Below, one piece after another: positions 35,614-43,967 of a stretch of 64,000 nt of DNA. The position numbers were made by a program, and so were the translations under genes. The notes under the pieces are model-generated. The model saw only the letters and a program-made list of their open reading frames with translations. It did not search any database and was not told the DNA's origin. Origin of the DNA: Schwartzia sp. (in: firmicutes) (GTDB lineage Bacteria > Bacillota > Negativicutes > Selenomonadales > Selenomonadaceae); the NCBI GenBank assembly GCA_017444395.1, contig JAFSWT010000136.1, positions 3,795 to 67,794 on the forward strand, given 5' to 3'. How positions within the stretch are numbered: position 1 is the first letter of the stretch; every line of letters starts with the position of its first letter.

Positions 35614-35733
35614 GTTACATATCGTGTATCATCATAGCCCACAGGGCAAAAAAACGCAAGTTATTTTTTGGCAATTATGGTCAATCGTTGGCCATTTTGA
35701 AAAATCCATTTCATCTTAAAAGGAGGATACCCA

Positions 35734-36255
35734 ATGAACCGTAATCAAGCATTACAGGCTTTGAGCCGGGAACAGCTCATCGAGCTTTTGGGCATTTACG
35801 CCAAAAACTGGCTGGCGGCGGACGGCGTCTGGTTTCAGTCCGTAGAGAAGAAATTCGGCATGGCGGAGGCGATGTTCCACGATGTCGCCATCTGGCGGAA
35901 GTTCACCGTCATCGAGGCCCGGCGATTGAAGGAATTTCTGCATCTTCCCGAGCGGGCCGGGCTGGAGGGGCTGGCGAAAGCGCTGTCGCTGCGCTTCTAC
36001 GCCAACATCAACAAAGACGAAATCCGCATCGAGGGCAACACGCTGACCTACCGGGCCATCGACTGCCGGGTGCAGACGGCGCGCCGACGGCAGGGCATGG
36101 AGTTCCATCCCTGCAAGGAAGTCGGTCTGGTGGAGTACGGCGAATTCGCCCGGACCATCGACGACCGCTTCACCTGCGAATGCCTGAGCTGCTACCCGGA
36201 CATCCGGGACGAAAGCTGTTGCTGCGGCTGGAAGTTCACATTGCGCGAAGGCTGA
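35734..36255 (+). CDS. DUF6125-like protein (Cys-rich C-terminus)
   Basis: 173 aa with RBS AAGGAGG upstream. The pattern WLAADGVWFQSVEKKFGM...C-x-C...CCCGWKF is one I recall for DUF6125. Confidence 0.5.
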   Translation: MNRNQALQALSREQLIELLGIYAKNWLAADGVWFQSVEKKFGMAEAMFHDVAIWRKFTVIEARRLKEFLHLPERAGLEGLAKALSLRFYANINKDEIRIEGNTLTYRAIDCRVQTARRRQGMEFHPCKEVGLVEYGEFARTIDDRFTCECLSCYPDIRDESCCCGWKFTLREG

Positions 36256-36321
36256 AAAAACCAATTTCCTGAAATAATAAAACCCGCCCTGCCCGATTGC
36301 CGGGTCGAGGCGGGTTTCCTG

Positions 36322-37044
36322 TTACAACGGCTTAAAAGAGATCTTCGGTTCCTGCATGCGCATGACGACGACTTCAAATCGCGAGAGAAACGATTGCATC
36401 GAGGTAATGTTCTCCAGCAGATGAATCCGGCGGCGGTCCAGATAGTACCGGTTTACGCCCGCCATACAGGCGAAGACATATCCGTGATTGAGCAGCAAGT
36501 GTTCCCATTGGTCGTGGCAGGGTATATCCGTGCAGGGCAATGTGGATTCAATCACGTAAACCTAGGGACGGAAATCTTCCCAATCTTCAATCCCTTCCAA
36601 AACCTCCTTCTCAAAGCCCTCGACATCGATTTTGCAAAAATGGACCGGCCGGAAGGGATCGCAGTATTGCTCGTAGATATCCGTCAGCGTCAGTATCTCC
36701 ACCGTATCGTCGGATTTCATCTGCCGGAAACCGCCCTTGTTCGCGATCTCATCAGAAAAAGTCGCTAACTCCCCGTTGCCGAGCAACGGCATCCGCCCCC
36801 GCTGACAGCCACAGCCCACGCAAAGGGTGATGTCACGCGGGCGCGATTCGTCAAACCAGCGGCAATAGATGGGCTGCGGCTCAACATTGATTCCATTCCA
36901 GCCCCGGTCGTAAAAAAACCTTGTCACACTGTTGTTGGTGGGATCATTGGCGCCGATATCAATATAAAACCCCTTGGGGACATCCCGTAGCGTCGCGTAT
37001 AAAATCATGTCTTCCAGGCTATTCGCGTAAGATTCCAGTCTCAT
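36322..37044 (-). pseudogene. FkbM family methyltransferase interrupted by a single in-frame TAG
   Basis: ORFs 36562-37044 and 36322-36555 lie in the same frame, 723 nt in total. They are separated only by a TAG at 36562-36564 (...EDFRP*VYVIESTLP...). Both halves look like one FkbM protein (FYIDIGANDP...KIDVEGFE... then ...GVNRYYL). Confidence 0.7.
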
Positions 37045-37071
37045 ATTCTTTCCTCCGCATTATTTTACCTT

Positions 37072-37491
37072 TTATGGGTTATCCGACGTTTTTCTCTCCA
37101 CCAACGATTGCTTCATCTGCTCCAGAAGCACCTCGAAACTCTCCCGCAAACGGGCAATGGTTTCACTGTCAGCGTCGTCGATATGAATGCCCACGGTGAC
37201 AACGACAGGAACGCCCGCCGCGGCCGCCAGAGAAAGCGCCGCATCCCGCGCCCAAAGGTCATCCTTGTGCCCCAATCGGCAAAGCACCGAAGCGCTAGCC
37301 GAGCGATGACCGTTCCCGGTAAGGCTTGCCCGGGGCTCCGCCAACGCCACCGCACCGATATGGGGCCGCGTGCCGCCGGTGACGATAGCAACGATATCCT
37401 CCCCACAATGCAGAATACGCCCCCTCACCCGATAGGGTAGCGACCCGACAGAAAACGTAGTCATCGAAGCGGTTTTTTTCCCGCCAACCAT
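37072..37491 (-). CDS. LpdD-like protein (prenylated-flavin chaperone family candidate)
   Basis: TGGTRPHIGAVALA...GHKDD...VVVTVGIHIDD resembles the LpdD pattern I recall. No UbiD/UbiX partner is nearby. Confidence 0.45.
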   Translation of the reverse strand: MVGGKKTASMTTFSVGSLPYRVRGRILHCGEDIVAIVTGGTRPHIGAVALAEPRASLTGNGHRSASASVLCRLGHKDDLWARDAALSLAAAAGVPVVVTVGIHIDDADSETIARLRESFEVLLEQMKQSLVERKTSDNP

Positions 37492-37786
37492 AAGCCTCTC
37501 CCACCCTTCCGAAGAAAATTGGCCCCCGGTGGTCGGCCGCCGCTTCTTCCGAAATCAATCTGTCACTTTTCCCTTAAGAATAATTCTACGCCAATTCCCG
37601 GAATCCTGCTTCCCCCGACGAAAAACGAGACTGCCACCCGGATTCAACCTTGTTTCCGCCCTTGCCTGCCAGCAAAACTTCGTGTAGAATAAGCTTGCCG
37701 AAGGCCTATCGGGCAAGAATCGATCATTGCCGACTGCCTTCTGCAGGAGAAACAGAACCCCATCGCCGGGAAAGGATGCGAATACT

Positions 37787-40390
37787 ATGCCGCATGAAGC
37801 ACCGCCTGCCGCACTTCTCCGTTTACTGGGCAATGACACCGCCCAACTTGCCAGTGAGGAAGAACTGCTCGCCCAGGCCGCGAAACGGTTGAACGAACTG
37901 ACAGAGAAAGAATTTGCCTTCACCGCTCTGAAAGATCGCCACTGCCCGGATGAGGCGGTCATCGCGACGATGGCTGAACTGAAAGAAGCCGTCTTTTTCC
38001 GCCGGGAGGACACCGGCTTTTCCGAGGAGGATTTCCGCGTCATCACCGGCTGGCTCACGGAAGCCTGCGCCGCCCTCCTGGCTGCCCGGGGCTTTCCCCC
38101 GGAGAAATACCAAGTCTCGGCCGATGCCCTGAACCGGTACTTCCTGGCCGCTTTGCTCGACCTCCAGGCGGGCAACGGCGCCGAAGCCCTTCGCAGCCTT
38201 CGCATTCTCGAAAGCTACGGCGACGAGATTTTCCGGGCCTATCCGCACCTTTATTTCTACAAGGGGCTGGCCCGCTACGCCACCGGCGATTACGCGGGCG
38301 CCGCCGAAGACATCGGGCGCTCATTGCGGCACGACCCGGAGGACGAGATTGCCCGCTTCCATCTGGGCAACGCCCTCTTTCGCCAGCAGCGCTTCGAGGA
38401 AGCGATTGCCGCCTATTCCGAAGCGATGGACCGCCGCCGGGACTTCAAAGAGGCCTTAATTAACTGCGCTCTGGCTGTACGAAAGCTCGGAGACGACGAT
38501 ACGGCCCGGGAAATCGCCGCCAACGAAATCGTCCGCCGGGGTGTTTTTGAGGACGGAACGCTGCAGGAAAGCGCCGACCGCTATGCGCTGGCGATTTCGC
38601 CGGAACCGGACATCTACGATATCCCCGTATTCATCAATTCTTACAACCGTCTGGGGGCGCTGCAACAGCTCGTCACCTGGCTGACAACCGCCGGCTACCG
38701 CAAAATCTTCATTCTGGACAACGATTCGACGTATCCCCCGCTGCTCGGCTACTACCGGCAGCTCGACGAAGAAAAAGGCGCTGTCCAGGTACTCCGGCTG
38801 CGGAAAAATCTGGGACACAAATCCCTCTGGCAAAGCGGCTTGCTGGAGATCATGAAGATCAACACGCCCTATGTCTATACGGATCCGGACATCGTGCCGG
38901 CCGACGACTGCCCGCCGGACGTTCTGGCTCATCTGCTGGCCATCCTGCGCAAATACCCCTTCCTGAAAAAGGCCGGCCTGGGGCTGAAAACCGACGACAT
39001 CACCTATCCCGGCGCCGCCGCGACGCGTCAGGCCGAGGCCCGTTTCTATCTCCACGAGATGGAAGACGGCGTTTATTTCGGCGCCCTCGATACGACGTTT
39101 GCCCTCTACCGCAACGTCCGCCACTACAACCTGTACGTTGCCGCCCGCACCACCGGCCCCTTCCTGGCCCGCCACCTGCCCTGGTATTACGACTACGAAA
39201 ACCTGCCCGAGGACGAACGCTACTACATGGACCGCGCCAACGAATCGGCGACGCTGGTGCGGAAGATGAAGGCAACCACTTCCTGCCCACAAAAGCCCGG
39301 ACTTGCCATCTGGTGCGACAGGGATCTGGCCAGGGAAATCGTGGAAAAATTCCCCCATACACATGAAATCTTATGCATCATTGACGAAGGGACCGACGGA
39401 AAAACAAAAGAAACGATTGCCAATGTACCTGTTGTCCGATTTGAAACCTTCAGGAAAATTCACCTTAAAGAAGTTGACAGTGTGTTTGTTTTGATGAGCA
39501 ACGGCACGCAACGCATGCGGACGGTAAATCTGCTCCGCTATTACGGGGTCCCCCGCATCGGCCTGCCCCGGCTCCATCGCGCTGTCGATCTGTCTGACAA
39601 AGGCATTGTTTGGAATGAAGGGCGGCCATATCTGAGCCAGTTGGAAATCCACATCATGGATTCGTGCAATCTGAACTGCATGGCCTGCATGCATTTCTCC
39701 AACCTCTTCGGCAAAGGCTCCCTCTACGATTTCCAGCAGTTCCAGAGTGACTTGGCAGTCTTGTCACAAAAGATTTTCCTGTCGGTTCTATATCTTTTAG
39801 GCGGCGAGCCGTTCCTCAATCCTCATCTGCCAGACTATCTGCATGCGGCCAGAAAGAATTTCCCTGACGCTGAAATTGTTTTAGTCACGAACGGCCTCTT
39901 GATTCCCCGGCAATCAGCGGCCGTCATCAAGGCCCTCCGGGAAACCGAGACCGCCGTCCAAATCTCTCTGTACGCGCCAACGGCGAAAATAGTCGACAAA
40001 ATAGATAATCGGCTGAAAGGACAGGGCGTATTTTATGAAATACGCGCTGAGCGACCGGCCTTCATGGCCTTCCTGGGAACAAAGGGGCAAAGCGATCCGG
40101 CCATAACCCAGCAGCGATGCCTTAATGCTTTCTGCCGTTATGTGCGAAATGGCCGTCTCTATAAATGCCCGGTTGACGCACTGTCTTATAAATATAGGGA
40201 GAAATTTGACGTTGAACTGCCGCCGGCGGAAGGAATTGACATTCGTTCGGCTGATTTTGAGCGTGAATTATCCCTGCTGGACCAACCGGTACAATTATGC
40301 CGATATTGTGCGGAAGAACCTCGCGTTTTCCATTGGCAGTCAGCGCCTCATCCGGCAAAAGAAGATTGGTTTGGAAAGGACGTCGTATAG
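37787..40390 (+). CDS. Tri-domain fusion of TPR repeats, a glycosyltransferase-like domain and a radical SAM domain
   Basis: 867 aa from MPHEAPP. The TPR region is about aa 130-260 (YFYKGLARYATGDYAGAAEDIGRSL..., AIAAYSEAMDRRRDFKEALIN). The GT-A-like region has ILDNDST and YTDPDIV. The radical SAM motif CNLNCMAC is at 39664-39687, with C-terminal Cys clusters. Confidence 0.75.
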   Translation: MPHEAPPAALLRLLGNDTAQLASEEELLAQAAKRLNELTEKEFAFTALKDRHCPDEAVIATMAELKEAVFFRREDTGFSEEDFRVITGWLTEACAALLAARGFPPEKYQVSADALNRYFLAALLDLQAGNGAEALRSLRILESYGDEIFRAYPHLYFYKGLARYATGDYAGAAEDIGRSLRHDPEDEIARFHLGNALFRQQRFEEAIAAYSEAMDRRRDFKEALINCALAVRKLGDDDTAREIAANEIVRRGVFEDGTLQESADRYALAISPEPDIYDIPVFINSYNRLGALQQLVTWLTTAGYRKIFILDNDSTYPPLLGYYRQLDEEKGAVQVLRLRKNLGHKSLWQSGLLEIMKINTPYVYTDPDIVPADDCPPDVLAHLLAILRKYPFLKKAGLGLKTDDITYPGAAATRQAEARFYLHEMEDGVYFGALDTTFALYRNVRHYNLYVAARTTGPFLARHLPWYYDYENLPEDERYYMDRANESATLVRKMKATTSCPQKPGLAIWCDRDLAREIVEKFPHTHEILCIIDEGTDGKTKETIANVPVVRFETFRKIHLKEVDSVFVLMSNGTQRMRTVNLLRYYGVPRIGLPRLHRAVDLSDKGIVWNEGRPYLSQLEIHIMDSCNLNCMACMHFSNLFGKGSLYDFQQFQSDLAVLSQKIFLSVLYLLGGEPFLNPHLPDYLHAARKNFPDAEIVLVTNGLLIPRQSAAVIKALRETETAVQISLYAPTAKIVDKIDNRLKGQGVFYEIRAERPAFMAFLGTKGQSDPAITQQRCLNAFCRYVRNGRLYKCPVDALSYKYREKFDVELPPAEGIDIRSADFERELSLLDQPVQLCRYCAEEPRVFHWQSAPHPAKEDWFGKDVV

Positions 40391-40597
40391 TACCTCCGCT
40401 ACGATGTGCCAGTTGCCAAGGAACTCATGAGCGTCCGCTCCCTTCAAAGCCACCAGACCTTTCCGGCCGGGATCGGGCTCTTAATATTCAATCGGCCCCC
40501 GTCCGCCCGCCCCAAAAACTAGTGTATTCCCTCTTCCCCTCTCATTATCTGCTGCAATCATCATTGTTTTCCCTACACCTGCAAGGAGGAACGTATT

Positions 40598-41920
40598 GTG
40601 CGTATAAGCAAGCAGCAAATACAACGAATAAGGCGAATGCAGGAAAAGCACAGGCCCTTTCTGCAGCGGTGGAAAGAAGCCAATATAATTGCTACCGTTA
40701 ATTTTGAAATAGAAGATTATGATTTTGCCGACGAGCGCCTTCCAGCCGTTGAAACAATAGATGACGTTGACTATTACTACGACACCATAAGGCAAAAGCC
40801 TATACGAATTACACCGGAAGAAACCGTCCGGCAGGAAGTTGTGTCTTTCCTTATCGACAAATCGAACGTCCCCGTACACATGTTAAGGGTTGAGGAATCC
40901 CTTGCCCACCATGTTAAAGATTGCTTGGACCGTAGCGATGTAGTTATCATGCGCATGGCTGATGACCATGAATCTGTTGTTCCGCTTGCTGTCATAGAGT
41001 GTAAGCGCGAGGAATTGGAACTTGATGATAACATGATAGCGCAAGCCCAAAAGTATGCGGAACAGCTTAAATGCAGTTTTTTCATGCTAACAAATGGCAA
41101 AAAAACGCTATGTTTCCATAGGGATGCTGATAATAACGTCCTACGCATCAAAAGTTTCCGGAAATATACGGCTATGCTGAATGAGGAATACACAGAATTG
41201 CCTGCAGAAGCCGGATTTGAACGTCGCTCCCTTGATGAAATAAGAACTGACCCCACATATTTTGTTTACGATGTGACTCCGTATGAAATGGGAACTGAAA
41301 CAGTAGCGCATGAAGAAAAATTGATATTCTGCTCTAATCTTTGGGAATGCCTGCTCGATGATGAGTATGCGCTTGTTCCCTACGAGTATGATATTTTCAC
41401 TTTGCTGAAGGATTACGGCGTGAGGCGGATATCTTGGGGAAATGCCAGCGGTGGCAGTTTTAACGGCTGTAGATGCCGCTCCTTCCGGATAAGTTACCAG
41501 GGTAAAACGAAAATCGTTTCCTTAGCGTTTTCTGATTATACTGCGACCGAGAAGGATCAAAGCAAGACCGGCTTGTTCGTTATCGTTGAAACCAATGGGC
41601 GTATTCACTCATCCCTGCAAATTCCCATGGATGCCAAAAACGTCCTTCAAATACATGGCTCTATGTGCAGTATAAATCATACCGGGAAAATTACCGTCGG
41701 GGCTACCGGCGCCGGGAAAATATCTGATTTGCGAAGGCTTGTCCAACAGGACTATCCGAAAATCATAGATGGGCAATTATTCAAATTAGGCATTCTGCCC
41801 ACGAATCGGATTTTACGACTTTGTGATGAAGCGGTATGCGATTTCATCGAAAACATTATCTCCTATACGCTTATCAGAGACGACTACAGAGAGATACGTT
41901 TACGTGAGGTAATACCCTAA
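40598..41920 (+). CDS. HsdR_N-type PD-(D/E)xK nuclease domain protein with an unknown C-terminal domain
   Basis: GTG start 8 nt after AAGGAGG. EETVRQEVVSFLI...DRSDVVIM...PLAVIECKREE...AQAQKYAEQL...FFMLTNGKK matches the D...E-x-K core of restriction-enzyme N-terminal (HSDR_N) domains. GC is about 40% on sampled lines. Confidence 0.65.
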   Translation: MRISKQQIQRIRRMQEKHRPFLQRWKEANIIATVNFEIEDYDFADERLPAVETIDDVDYYYDTIRQKPIRITPEETVRQEVVSFLIDKSNVPVHMLRVEESLAHHVKDCLDRSDVVIMRMADDHESVVPLAVIECKREELELDDNMIAQAQKYAEQLKCSFFMLTNGKKTLCFHRDADNNVLRIKSFRKYTAMLNEEYTELPAEAGFERRSLDEIRTDPTYFVYDVTPYEMGTETVAHEEKLIFCSNLWECLLDDEYALVPYEYDIFTLLKDYGVRRISWGNASGGSFNGCRCRSFRISYQGKTKIVSLAFSDYTATEKDQSKTGLFVIVETNGRIHSSLQIPMDAKNVLQIHGSMCSINHTGKITVGATGAGKISDLRRLVQQDYPKIIDGQLFKLGILPTNRILRLCDEAVCDFIENIISYTLIRDDYREIRLREVIP

Positions 41921-42341
41921 AACGCCAACATATCCCGGCTTTCATACACACCCGCCATCCGCACCACCGGACTGTTTCGGGCGGGCGAAGCGAGACGGAT
42001 GAGGTTTCCATGTGGGAGATATCAATTCCCTGATACTGAAAACGCTGCTTCCCCCCGATCATTGTTTTACACTATGTCAAGCGTTTTGTTCAGTAGAAAA
42101 AGTCGCAAAAAATCGGATTGAACCCGGACAAATCCCGTAATAGCAAAGTTTTTACCTTTCGCATCCATTTTGCAATTTGTCTTTTTGACTTATTAAGTGA
42201 AGCCGGCGTGTCTCAGATAAAGACTTTATCAAAGATGCGTATCCATCATCATTATCCAGTGGCATATTCCCCTCTTCCCCTCACCTTTCTTTTCTGCTAC
42301 AATAGTTCTGTTTTCATTTCGCATATAGGGAGGTCGTTCTC

Positions 42342-43769
42342 ATGGTTACTTTTTTAATCGCGCTGGCCGCGCTTTGGGGCGGGTACGCGATTTACGGGCG
42401 GCTGGTGGACCGGGTTTTTGCCCCGTCCGATGTGACGACGCCGGCGTTCCTGAAAAATGACGGCGTCGATTATCTGCCGCTTCCCACCTGGAAGGTGTTC
42501 CTGATCCAGCTCCTCAACATCGCCGGCCTCGGGCCCATCTTCGGCGCCCTGGGCGGCATGCTCTGGGGGCCCTGCGTGTATCTCTGGATTGTCCTGGGGA
42601 CGGTGTTTGCCGGCGGTGTCCACGACTACCTGTCCGGCATGATTTCCATCCGGGAGGGCGGCAAGAGCATCACCGAGATTGTCGGCAATCATCTGGGCGA
42701 CACGGCGCTGGCAATCATGCGGGTTTTCCTGGTCATCCTGATGCTGCTGGTGGGGGCGGTCTTTACCACGGGACCGGCCATGCTGCTGGTGAAGCTGACG
42801 GGCGTCGGGCTCGTCATCTGGCTGGCCGTGGTGCTGATTTACTACTTCCTGGCCACGGTGCTGCCCATCGACACCATCATCGCCCGCCTTTACCCGCTGT
42901 TCGGGCTCTGCCTCATCATCATGGCCGTCGGCATCATGGGCGGTATGCTGCTGGGCATCGGCGGCCACACGATGCCGGAAATGGTGTTGGCGAACCTCCA
43001 TCCGGCCCAGCCGCAGCTCCCCATTTGGCCGCTGATGTTCATCACCGTGGCCTGCGGCGCCGTGTCGGGTTTCCACGCCACCCAGTCACCGCTCATGGCC
43101 CGTTGCCTGAAGGACGAGCGCTATGGCCGGCCGGTGTTCTACGGCGCGATGGTCATGGAGGGTACCATTGCCCTGATTTGGGCGGCGGCCGGCGCGACCT
43201 TCTATGATGGTACCGGCGGCCTGGCGGCGGCGATGAAAGCCGCCGGCCCGGGCGGCGCCGTCTATGACATCTGCCTCGGCTACATGGGCGCCGGCCTAGG
43301 CGTGACACTGGCCATGCTGGGCGTCGTCGCCTGCCCCATCACCTGCGGCGACACGGCCCTCCGGGCGGCGCGCCTGATGCTGGCGGACTGGTTCCATGTC
43401 CGGCAGGACAGCGCCCAAAAGCGGCTCCTGCTGGCGGTGCCGGTGGTGGCCATCAGCGCCATCCTGACGCAGATGGACTTCTCCATCATCTGGCGCTACT
43501 TCGCCTGGATGAACCAGGTGCTGGCGGCCATCATCCTCTGGACCGGCGCCGTCTATCTCTGCAAGGCGAAGCCCCACAGCGCCGCCTACCTCATTGCCCT
43601 GCTGCCGGCCCTGTTCATGACGGTCGTGACCACGACCTACATTTTGCAGGCAAAAGAGGGCCTGCAGTTGCCGACCTCCATTACGTATCCGGCCGGCATC
43701 GTCTTCGCCCTCGCCTGCCTGGGCCTCTATTGTACAAAGAAAGCCTACTGGAACACTGCCGCCCGCTGA
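42342..43769 (+). CDS. cstA: Carbon starvation protein CstA family transporter
   Basis: 475 aa. It has LLNIAGLGPIFGALGG, the CstA N-terminal pattern, and many TM segments. Confidence 0.9.
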   Translation: MVTFLIALAALWGGYAIYGRLVDRVFAPSDVTTPAFLKNDGVDYLPLPTWKVFLIQLLNIAGLGPIFGALGGMLWGPCVYLWIVLGTVFAGGVHDYLSGMISIREGGKSITEIVGNHLGDTALAIMRVFLVILMLLVGAVFTTGPAMLLVKLTGVGLVIWLAVVLIYYFLATVLPIDTIIARLYPLFGLCLIIMAVGIMGGMLLGIGGHTMPEMVLANLHPAQPQLPIWPLMFITVACGAVSGFHATQSPLMARCLKDERYGRPVFYGAMVMEGTIALIWAAAGATFYDGTGGLAAAMKAAGPGGAVYDICLGYMGAGLGVTLAMLGVVACPITCGDTALRAARLMLADWFHVRQDSAQKRLLLAVPVVAISAILTQMDFSIIWRYFAWMNQVLAAIILWTGAVYLCKAKPHSAAYLIALLPALFMTVVTTTYILQAKEGLQLPTSITYPAGIVFALACLGLYCTKKAYWNTAAR

Positions 43770-43784
43770 CGGGAAGAGGCAACG

Positions 43785-43837
43785 CGGGCCCTCCGGGGGA
43801 GCCGGTTTCGCTCCGTCCGGAGGGCCCGGTTTTTTTG
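43785..43837 (+). terminator. cstA terminator
   Basis: CGGGCCCTCCGG...CCGGAGGGCCCG-GTTTTTTT. Confidence 0.8.
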
Positions 43838-43866
43838 CCGGAAACGCCCTCTTTTCCCTCAATCTG

Positions 43867-43875
43867 TGCTATAAT
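43867..43875 (+). promoter_or_regulatory. Extended -10 promoter (TGcTATAAT) for the small ORF and response-regulator operon
   Basis: TGCTATAAT lies 30 nt after the cstA terminator. I see no good -35 box. Confidence 0.4.
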
Positions 43876-43967
43876 AGCTACATCAACAGAGATTCACGAA
43901 CCGCGGATATATCCCGGCGTCCGCAGTCATGGCCGGGACGCTTTTCCCCGAAAAAGGAGGGTTTCCC

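Noticed and set aside
42065-42077. A 13-nt repeat, TTTTACACTATGT, upstream of cstA and again at 45772-45784.
   Set aside because: At this length, several chance repeats are expected in a 64-kb window on two strands. I found no flanking similarity and no palindromic structure.
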